From Zygnema circumcarinatum SAG 698-1b (lineage: Eukaryota > Plantae > Zygnematophyceae): a DNA stretch of 64,000 nt. The DNA is taken from NCBI GenBank assembly GCA_037447605.1, contig CM074809.1:3958689-4022688 (forward strand). Reading direction: 5' to 3'. This document shows positions 54,406 through 64,000 of this stretch, piece by piece. The translations under genes and the position numbers were made by a program. The notes under the pieces are model-generated. The model was not told the DNA's origin, searched no databases, and worked only from the letters and a program-made list of their open reading frames with translations. Within the stretch, counting starts at the first letter, position 1; the number at the start of each line of letters is the position of its first letter.

Positions 54406-57227
54406 TCACAAAAAGCCCTCAAGTGCCTTCCCTGCCACCTTCTCCCGATATATCGCCAAAGCCTCCTGCATGGTGGAGGCCTTCCTGAGAAGCTCAGCCC
54501 TCCTTTTTCCCGAGGGATGAGTGGAGATATACTGCGCCCATTGAGAAACCTCCTCCGCCTCTGAAAGCTTCTCATACACAGCAGGAGCAGCAGAAGGGTC
54601 ATACCCTGCAGCAGCTTCAAGCAGGAGTCCGATTCGGTCTGCTTCTATTTCATGCCTGCAACATCAAAGGAGGGAGTAAAGGACAACCGTTGGATTCGGG
54701 AGATCAAAGGGATGTCAGCCTTCAAACATTGCGGGGTCTTAGGAAACCGTACATTCTCGAAAATGGCTTGTTGAAAACGAGATCGGTAACGGTATTGAGA
54801 AGGTACGGCATATTCACAAACTGTAAGGCGACTAATTGGAAGGCCACCACAAGCAGGCCCGTGGTTAGCCTTTCCATGGCATGGCGAGCAACGAGGTGAC
54901 CGATCTGCAGCCATACCTCTCGTAAGAAAGAGGAAGTACAAGGATGGAGAGGAAAAAGGGAGAGCACTGCAAACAGAGAACGAATGAAAATAGGAACAAC
55001 CTCAATGAATTGAAACATAAGAATTTAAAGTTGTACCTCGTGCCCTAGAACAGTAGCAAGCTCCACATCGTTCGGCATCTTCTTCAAAAGGCCGGTGAAT
55101 ACGACTACTTTTCCGCCGGGAAGGCAGAAAGCATTCACCAATGGCTTGTCAACAACAATCACTTCCCAGTTGAGGTTTTTCAAATGATCAACAAATCCCT
55201 CAGAGCCGGACCGCAAACCGTGCCTGCAGCCCCATCCGAACTGCAGCAGGTTATAGCGTTTCTGGAGAAATCTTCCCTGCGAACAATGGTTTAAGAGGGT
55301 ACAGATTTTACGGAATAGGGTTAGTTTAATGTCTATGGTTGATTTTGCTTCCAGAGCTTCTGTGGGGAATGACTAACGACCGGTCTAAGAGAGATTGAAG
55401 AAGTTACTTTCGAGTGCGATCTATCCATTTGTCATCGTCTTCGAGCTTTTTCGCATAGTCACGTCCTCCATGTGCAGCTTCTCCATATTTTTCTCCCAAC
55501 TCTTTGGACTGGTGACCCCCCCATGGGTCCTTGTGAGCTTCCACTCCCTTTTGCTGCTCTTCATCCTCATCGCCAAACCAGCCGTATTGCTTTGGAGTTT
55601 TTGAGGAGGGAATCACTTCAATCGGCACCACAATAACGCGATTTGGATTTGCAGAAGGGGCACCAACTCCGTGAAGCTCATGATGGGAGTCCTGCAAGGC
55701 GTTATCGGTGAAGCAGGATTGACATCAAGTTTTGAAAGTCCTCAAAAAGAAGATCGCGACATATCAAGTTCCGTCGTTCCACGGAAAGGAAAGTAGGAGT
55801 AAGAAAAGTGAGAGGTCGTCTTTACATGGTCATGCTCTGACTTGACTTCTTTCAGAGCCGCTCGGATGATGTCTGCTGCAATTCTTCTCACACGCTGAGC
55901 TTCAGGGTGGAAAGGCGGAAGAATTGTGCCCCGGAAACGCAACTTGAGCTGCATATTTTTGACAGGAAAAGAACAGCATAAACATGAAAAAATCTACAAG
56001 GTGCATTTTCAACTAGGACCTTTAAAATAGAAACGTCTATAAAAGTTCTAATATGAAAAAGCAACAGAGTGCTGCTAGCCACCATTAAATGGCGATCTGC
56101 ATCTGACCTGTATTTGAATATTTCTAGGTTCACTGGGCCTCCCCATGTTCATGCCCCGCTGCCGTCATTGAAATCTTTTGCACAAACTGAGTAATGCAAG
56201 TTAAACTACGCCATAATTACTCCAACATCGACAATCTTTGCAAATGAAAGCAGCATGCCTTCAGCAGCAAATGTGATTGTAAGATGGGAGAACAACTACA
56301 GCTAACCCTAAACTACAACTCTACGGGGTGAAAACCAAGGGCAAGGTTTTCATCCCAGCAGACCAAATACTGTTGCATACTCTCACAGAGGAGAAAGAGA
56401 AAGGAGGGAGAACAGGTGCTCACCTCCTCAAACTCGTTATCCCCCATTTTCTTCTCAAACTCTGGCGACCAAAGAATGCAGTGGCGTCGACGTGTATATG
56501 GGACTGTTTCAAGATGTGTGACATAGATGAGTGTAGCTCCACCAATCAAAAAAACTACAATTGCCAAAACCTTTCTTTGCTGATCGTTTAGTTGATTTCC
56601 CCCTCCTTGCGGTGTCCACGAATCAAATCCCCTTCTCCGAAAATGAACAACACCTTCTCTGTCGGTAAATGGCTTGGTATATGTCCTGACTTGCTTAAGA
56701 ATTGATCCACTTCGTATTGCCAGATGCCCTAAAATCGCCCTTTTCCCCAGGTACGACTTTTGCGCACTAGCAAGATGAGAGATGCTGCATCGCTTTAGGG
56801 TTATGGGCAGGGTTAGGTTAGCGAATCCCCTGCTTGCAAGATGCAGATTATTGGTGCCGTTATTCCACAACCTGGCACAAAAAATTGGCGTAAAGTGTGT
56901 CCTAAGAACAGATGTCGCACAACGTGCTCCATCAGCCAAAACATTGTGAGAAAAAGGAGCATTGGAGAAGCTCCTTGAGGCCACCATTTTTCCAATGACG
57001 GTCGGTTGATTAGATGCTTTATAGACCTCGGAGATACTTCGAGAGTTTGACTGCAGGAGGAGAGAAATTCTGGTGAGCGAAGGAACGCAGCCATGGCTGC
57101 CTGACCGACGCTCGGGTGGGAGGTGAGCGAGAGGAGATCCTCGTCGCAACTGAGGAGTGAGAAGGGACTTAATTAGAGGGGCAGAATGGAGCAGCTTCTG
57201 AACGGCTTTGGGAGCTGCTGCCGCCAT
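54406..57227 (-). CDS. OMA1: Mitochondrial metalloendopeptidase OMA1 (M48)
   Basis: Exons 57227-56424, 55948-55826, 55691-55408, 55223-55037, 54904-54753, 54655-54406; phases close. Motifs LETVPYTRRRH, WEVIVVDKPLVNAFCLPGGKVVVFTGLL, HE|IGH (HExxH), EIEADRIG, STHPS; long basic mitochondrial-targeting-like N-terminus. Confidence 0.95.
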
Positions 57228-58200
57228 AGCCACAAAACTCTGAATTCCAAACCATGGACTTTCTCAGTGCTCACATATTCTGACCCCAACCCTTCTCTTG
57301 AGAGCCTCTCTTTTTCTGCATCCCCTTTTTTTTGAGAATTATTTCATTAGCTCATGCTCGCGTGCTCGTTTTCAAGCAAGCTACCATTTCCCAAAGCAGG
57401 GTCCTTTCATTGTGCTTTTAAGGAGGGAGCCGTACTACAGTACGGATAATGTACGGTAAAGTGCCGATGCAAGGCGAGTGACACTAGTATTGGACTTCAA
57501 GAAAGAGAGTTGTATGGTTTGGAAATGTAACAGAAGAGGTTACTTTTAGATGGAATATCTAACGTTTCGTAAGAAGGACATAGGAAAATTTTGACGGATA
57601 AGCAGCCTGAGATTCTGTGTTGGCATCTGCACTGGCGCTTTGGTAACTTTTTTAGGTGAAATAACTGCAAGTGAGGGGGCTGTCTACCAGCTCCATTGAC
57701 TGGTTGCTGCAACTGCCATACAAAACTCTGACATTGAGAATGAACGAAGCACAAAGAAAGGACGAGAAAGATATCGGTCGTAATCGATTAGAAGCTCTTC
57801 GTAAGTTAAAAAACCAAAACGCGAATGCATAGCGGACATGGTTCACAATTTGGTACTGAACTCCACAAAACTTGTATCAAATTGCGGAGTGATACAAAGG
57901 ACTAGTTTTTCCCTTTTGCTCTTCAATCCAGTGACGATGAAATGACGGAATTTTCTTTATTGTTTGATCAATTTTTTTTAAATACTGTTTTTTTAAATAG
58001 TTTCAAAGATCCCAAAATCCGTGGCCTGCACCCAAAAAACAATGAACCACCCCTTCGCTTCAGCTTCAGCACTTGCCCTTGTGAGCTTTCACATGCAGCC
58101 ATAGACTTGGTTTTGCCCTTGCTGTAACCGAACGAGCATTGCCCACTAACATGCAACCTGTTCTGCAGCACTGATCCAACAGTAAAGAACAGCTAAGGAT

Positions 58201-58259
58201 TGGGTTAGGTTAGGGTTTAGGTTTAGGGTTTAAGGTTTAAAGGGTAGGTTAGGGTTAGA
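58201..58259 (+). repeat. Degenerate telomere-like tract
   Basis: TGGGTTAGGTTAGGGTTTAGGTTTAGGGTTTAAGGTTTAAAGGGTAGGTTAGGGTTAGA. Confidence 0.75.
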
Positions 58260-58469
58260 ACTAACAATCAGAACTTGGACAAAGAGGTCCCAAAGTGTAA
58301 AATTAGGTCAAAAACAATTGATTACTGCATTTCATTCCCAGCAGTGCAGGCCTTGCCTGTCGCTGACAGACTGCACACGAAGCGTGAAGGCGAGGACTTT
58401 CTAAACACCTTTGAGAGTGAAGATTAGGGTTTTGACAAGGCACTCCTTTCTTACCTTTCAGAATCAGAA

Positions 58470-60378
58470 TCACAACAGCATGGCCGGGTCTTTCTGATCC
58501 AAATGAATGGCGTCAATTGCCTTCAATGTGTCTTCCGAAAGTTCCATATCGAATGCGTCTGCACAAGCCGGATTCCTCTCCCTTAACAAAATCAGAATAT
58601 TTTCAAAGCATAATGCTTCGTGAATAAGAAAAGAAACAACATCTCGCCAAGGCAATGGCTTAAAAAGTAGCGAGGAGGCCCTCCAATACGAGGCATTCGA
58701 TCGAAGCTTTGCAGGGAACTTTATCGACCCAACGAATCACTATCGTCCAGATATGTCTTTAAAGGTTCGAAATCTTTGGTGAAACTTCAACTATCATCCT
58801 CCTTATAGAGAAAAACGTTCAAATCTCTCTTTCCCCTTACCTAAATTCTCCTTAAGTTGAGCCATCGTTGTCGCTCCAATAATTGACGACGGAACATACC
58901 ATCGAGACTTGCACCATGCCAAGGCTAGCTGCGCTGGGGAAACTCCTGCACTCAAAACCAAAAAAAGGAACTTTTTTTAAGTTCATGACTCGCTTGAGAA
59001 GAAGAGAAGGCCTATTTGAGCAGCTGCAGTTCCAAGAACCTTTAGGCCTTTACAGCATGCACGTTTCGTGAAGTACTTTCTGATCCTGAAACCGTCAAGA
59101 TTCTACTCCATCTTGAAGCTCAAACTCACCTGTTTCTTCTGCAAGCTTAGCGTACTTCTCTACAGCCGCAGATACTCCAGGCATCACATATCTTGCTTGG
59201 TAGCCTTTGAACATGGTAAAGCGGGCTTTTTCCGGCTGCTTTCCCCCGATATACTTTCCAGTTAGGACACCTGGAAGCAAATGCAACAAAGGGAATATCA
59301 GCGAGAGATCATATAGAAGCTCAAACACTCCAAAGGACCTGTCACAGAATGTGTCCTAGACAGTTCAAATAACGCTCAAAACTTTAACATAAGGTTGAGT
59401 TGTACAAGTCGTGAATCCAACCGGCAACTACTGTAACATGAACATAAACTCAAACTCAAAACTCAATCTCAAAAACACAACTGTAGATACGCCAAAACTG
59501 TTATCGGATCTTTAGGGTCTAGGATCCTAATATAGACCCCCCAATTAGGGTCGATTTTTAGAGATTGTTGCTCACCTCCTGCCAGGGGGCTCCATGGCAG
59601 CAGTCCAATATTGTAATTAGAAGGTGCGCAAGCCTCTGCTAATTCTGTCTCAAACGAACGGTGGATGAGAGAGAAACTGTTCTGAATGCTCACTGGGCGG
59701 GGGGCTCCCAACTCATCCGCAGCTTGGCAGAACTTGCATACTCCAAAAGTAGTTTCATTTGAAAGGCCATAAGCTCGAATTTTTCCCTCTGCAAGACATC
59801 CAAAGTGAAGGCTATATGCACAATTTCAGCTGCTGGAGGTATATATGAACGCATTGAACTCTCTAGAGTCTAAAGAGTATTTGGAAACTTTAGGGTTTCC
59901 GGGCTAGTAAGGAGGTCCTTACCGATCTTGGGGTTGATGGTTACCTTCACAGACCACCACTTTTATCAAGAAACCTCCCTTTTCACGATTCCTTAGGTTC
60001 TGAGAAGGGGATTTGTACATTGCAAGACATAGAGAGTTCTTTCTCTCACCTTTAATGAGCTCTGCCATGGCTGCCACGGTCTCCTTTATGGCAATGGATT
60101 CTCGTTCTTTAGTCGGATCGTATGCAGTCACTCCAAACATTGGGACATAGCGATCGGGCCTGCATAGAAATTTCCATTTCAAGTTATGCTTCGACTCCAA
60201 AGCCATCTCTGGCATTGGTCTATCCATGGCATTGTGAGATCATTCGGCAACAGTTTACCATCTCAGTGTGTATTAAATGGAAACATTAACTACTACCTTG
60301 AATACACCTATAACTATAAAAAAAAGGAAAAAACTACAAAATCGTTCCTTCAGTGACAACGTGTCATCGAATTTTAAG

Positions 60379-60411
<33 letters not shown>

Positions 60412-61898
60412 CTACAAGGTGTAATCTGGCAGAACTCACCAATGAATCTGGTACAGGTCGATATATTCAGTCTGAAGGCGCCGGAGGCTCCCTTCACATG
60501 CGGCTCGAATGTTCTCTCTATCCAATCTGCAATCTTGACGTTCCTCAGATCGAGGAACCACTCTATTTCCTGGAAGATGAGACATAGCACTGTAGCCTGC
60601 CACCTGACCAAAAAAAAAAAAGGAAAAAAGGACGAAGTAAGAAAATAATTTAGAAAGGAGCTGTACGTCTTCTTTAAGGTCGTCAAGTCTAGGAAGCCCT
60701 AGGCGTCTTGGAAACAAGGGCTACCGAATTTTATGATTCTTATGCACTTTTAATCTGAAGGTCTGGAATCTTTGAGCTGCGAAATTTTAGCTCACCTTTG
60801 TGGCGACAATAACTTTGTCCCTCTGCTGTTTCTTCAGCCAAGTCCCCACATACTCCTCCGACCTTCCGCAAGTCTCAGGCTTCACTGGAATCGAGTAGAT
60901 TTCTGCGGTATCCAAAAAGTTGACGCCTCTCTCCCAGCAGTAATCCAAAAGAGCATGGCTCTCCTCTTCGGTATTCTGTTCTCCGAATGTCATCGTTCCC
61001 ATGCATACCTGCACATTGCAAAAAAATTTATAAAAAAACAAACGAAAAAGTTTAAAAATAGAACACACAATAAGAACGTGATCAATCAATCAACATCATA
61101 ATGTAGTATATTCCCCCTTCTATTTCTATTTCTTCTTGTCGGTAATCATCCCGCATTTTCAAAAACTATAAAAAATTGATTTTTTTTTATACAGCGTTCC
61201 AGAGAGTTAACACTAATAAGACTGAAAACTCCCGAGAACTTCGCAGAACTTTTATATAAAATGAATCTCCCAAAGTGCCCACCCAAAGGAATGATAAAGC
61301 CAACCCAACCAAACCATACAAAGGCTTAGAACTAGTTTTGCAACGTTGCATTATCGCGAGCGCCTGCGAGAAAAAAGGCGCTGTAACTTTGAAGGTTGAT
61401 TTTTTTGCTTCTTTCTTAGAAGAAATGTGACAACAAAAGCAAAATTTCACCACTCCCCCATCCCTCTCTCTTCCCCTCCCCTCCCCTCCCCTCTCCCCCC
61501 CCCCCTCACCCCACTCCAACCCTGCAATGCTCCAGAAGCACTCATACCTCCTTCTGGCAACCCTCTTTCATTCTTCAACAGGCCTTTTTCTGTACCCTAA
61601 AAAGAGAAGGCGATGAAGCGAGTCGGAGAGCAGAGTTTACCTCCGAGACGAGCATGTCGGAGGAGCCCAACTTGTTGTACTTCATGGCGGTGAGCTTGAA
61701 GGAAAACACAGGAGGAGGAGCCTCCAAAGCCGTCGATTGAACCGCTCTGACGCCACCACCGTCGGATCGACGAGCTTCTCTCCTCCCAGGCAAAGCCAAA
61801 ACCCTAATCCTTGACAGCAGGCAGGGTTCAGAGCGCCCAGGAGGACACGTGGCGAGCGGGAAACGTATGTTGAGGGCGAAGGAAACCACGCGAGCCAT
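58470..61898 (-). CDS. Aldo-keto reductase, Tas-like (NADP-dependent), with an organellar transit peptide
   Basis: Exons 61898-61641, 61008-60796, 60603-60440, 60159-60050, 59788-59576, 59270-59130, 58945-58841, 58558-58470; phases close. Catalytic tetrad D (DTAE), Y (IYS), K (ATK), H (QIHW|PDR); also [30 protein letters not shown]. Confidence 0.94.
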
Positions 61899-61935
61899 TT
61901 GCGAGGACGGGCGCTGGTTGGGCTTGGAGGCACGG

Positions 61936-62410
61936 ACGGCCCCGGCCCAGGTCGTGCCCCGGGGCACGCGCGGAGTCGGTGTGTGAGCACCCTACTAGGG
62001 TTGGGGGCACGGCCCCGGCCCATTTCGTGCCCCGGGGCACGTGACCACAAGGGGAGCATGGCCGGGGCACATGCCCCTTCTCGTGCCCGTGACGTGACCA
62101 CATAGAACAGTTAAAATCGGGCCAATTACAGTACGGAGGAACATGCGAGAAGTATGAATGGTACGGAGAAATTTACGGAAGGTGCAAATGGTACGAACAG
62201 TACGGAGTGTTTGCCTCCACATGTGAGTTCCGTGTCAGCAGTCACTGTCCCGGCCCTGGCCATGACGTGACATGGTAAGCTGACGTAGGGGGCACGGTGG
62301 AGGGCCACGGATTTCCTTGTTTTTCGTGTCCCGGGCACGGCTGATCGCGTGCCCCGGGCATGACCATCCCCCCCCCTCCCCCCCAGGGCAATGCCCGTGC
62401 CCCCGTGCCT
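61936..62410. repeat. GGGCAC/GTGCCC-rich palindromic repeat element directly upstream of the AKR start
   Basis: Perfect 16-bp palindrome CGTGCCCCGGGGCACG at 61953-61968 and 62026-62041 inside a ~33-bp direct repeat, plus several degenerate half-sites up to about 62405. Confidence 0.7.
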
Positions 62411-63529
62411 CTACCCCAGCGCTGGCGCTTTGTAGGGGCGTATATAGCCATACAAAGGGCAAGCCGCACGCGCGACGCTGCGATCTGCGGGATTTGTGGA
62501 TCGACCGAACGGCTGAGATGCACAGGACTGGTTGATCGATGAGAAATGCACACGTCGAGGGCGCGATCTCCACATCATTCAGGGAGCTTGATCGGACGGT
62601 GGATGCGGCCCGCCTGTACTACACAAGTTTTTCAGTTTTCAGTGACGTCATTTAACATGAACTGCAGATTCATACTGCATGTAGTAAGGCTGGATACCAA
62701 TGGAATCTTGACCAGCACAACCGGTTACATTACAGAAGAATCGGACCACAGTTGACCGCCTTGTGGCCCCAAGCCGTACATCGACATGGCGTCATCCGTG
62801 ATTCCAGGTACCGTACGGCCCCGGCGAGTGGCCGACGCGGCTCACGGGATCCCGCCGCCTGGCGGAGGCTGCCCGGAACCACGGCCAACTGGGCGTACGG
62901 CTTCGTCTGCTTCTCCTTTGACTCTATCCTCTGCCCTACGCTCAGCATCGTACGGCTCTCTACAAGAATTTGTCTTTATATACGTGGAGACACAGTATCA
63001 ACATGGCGGATGTGAAGCGCACCGACATCTGTCCTGCCACGTGGCGCAAAAGTGAGACCGCGAACGTAGCCCGTTGCCACGTGGACGCGGTCTTGGACGC
63101 TGCCGGCCCCACCGACTCGCGGGCTCAAGCGCTCGAGGTCCAAAATGTTTGGACGGTTCAAATATTTGGGAGGGAGCGGCGCAGCCAGAAGCGCAGCAAA
63201 TGGGGGAAGAGGCGCAGCAGATGTTTGGAATCTGCTGCCGCTCCTGCCAGGGCCAGGGAGGGAACTTGCTGCTGCAACGTTTGAAAGCGTGCAGGCTTCA
63301 AATGCTCGTGTAATTTCAGATTCTAATTTGAATTTCTGCGCAAAATGTGGTTCTTTCTCATCACTCTGTTCAGAAGCTGACTGCCTTTCCCGCCCTGGAT
63401 ATTCGTCCAACCGCAGTCTGGCTGCTGCGTTTTTCATCTGAGCACATTTGCTCGCCACAAACGTCTTGAAGTCTCGGTTGAGGACTTCTGACTGTTATTG
63501 GTGGCGAAAATTCGTTTTCTGCATACTCC

Positions 63530-63863
63530 ATGGCTGTCACTCCACCGCCGCTTTGCAGCGGTGCAAGCAGAATTCCGAGTTCCTTTCTGTTGCTGCTGTT
63601 CCCACTGACTACACTTCTTGTTCCGATATATGCTGGAGGAGCGCACGATTCAGCTGTAAATCAAGCGGAGGCTTTTGTTTCGAGGAGCACTTCTAAGCAT
63701 CCTGACCTTATCACCAATCTTCCAGGGCAGCCGAAGGCATCTTTCGATCAGTTTGCGGGATATGTAAATGTTGATGCAAAAAGTGGAAAATTCTTCTTCT
63801 ACTGGCTGGTGGAAGCAAGTCGTTCTGCAGCCAGCAAGCCGCTGGTTTTGTGGCTCAATGGAG
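63530..63863 (+). CDS. SCPL: Serine carboxypeptidase-like protein (S10), first exon; the gene runs off the window
   Basis: Signal peptide, then [21 protein letters not shown]...FFYWLVEA...[10 protein letters not shown]| with a GTCAGT donor at 63864. Confidence 0.93.
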
Positions 63864-64000
63864 GTCAGTAATTATTTCGAGGAAATATTTATGTAGTAGT
63901 GGTCTCTATATGTCACTTTGTTTAGGTGAAAGCCTGAAACTTAGAGCGCCGTCAACATTACCTGACTTTGGTCGTATCGTAGTTGTCAGCTGCATTTGAG

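Overview
Eukaryotic, intron-rich, gene-dense nuclear DNA from a green plant. It is most likely a streptophyte alga, since the cytochrome c is intermediate between chlorophyte and land-plant types and there are plant-type DCD, NAGLU, RDR-gamma and plastid PGI genes. By hand I could reconstruct 12 spliced gene models whose exon phases close: RDR-gamma RNA-dependent RNA polymerase (-), SCP/CTD-like phosphatase (+), a small CREST-like membrane protein (+), a ureidoglycolate-lyase-like cupin (+), a CAMK-group kinase (-), alpha-N-acetylglucosaminidase (+), a DCD-domain protein (+), cytochrome c (+), plastidic glucose-6-phosphate isomerase (+), OMA1 peptidase (-), a Tas-like aldo-keto reductase (-) and the first exon of a serine carboxypeptidase-like gene (+). 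There is also an orphan 550-aa ORF (-). Introns are full of GA/CT microsatellites and telomere-like motifs. Intergenic regions carry a recurrent fold-back/MITE-like family and other degenerate repeats. I found no supportable rRNA, tRNA, CRISPR array or transposase/RT ORF. The most notable observations are: a 10-nt microexon carrying the kinase catalytic Asp; an unclassified fold-back element family that appears to supply the NAGLU stop codon; a divergent CREST-like protein bracketed by inverted repeats; many purine-rich splice acceptors; and an intact RDR-gamma. All splice models are manual and lack transcript support, and homolog motifs are quoted from memory, not from database searches.
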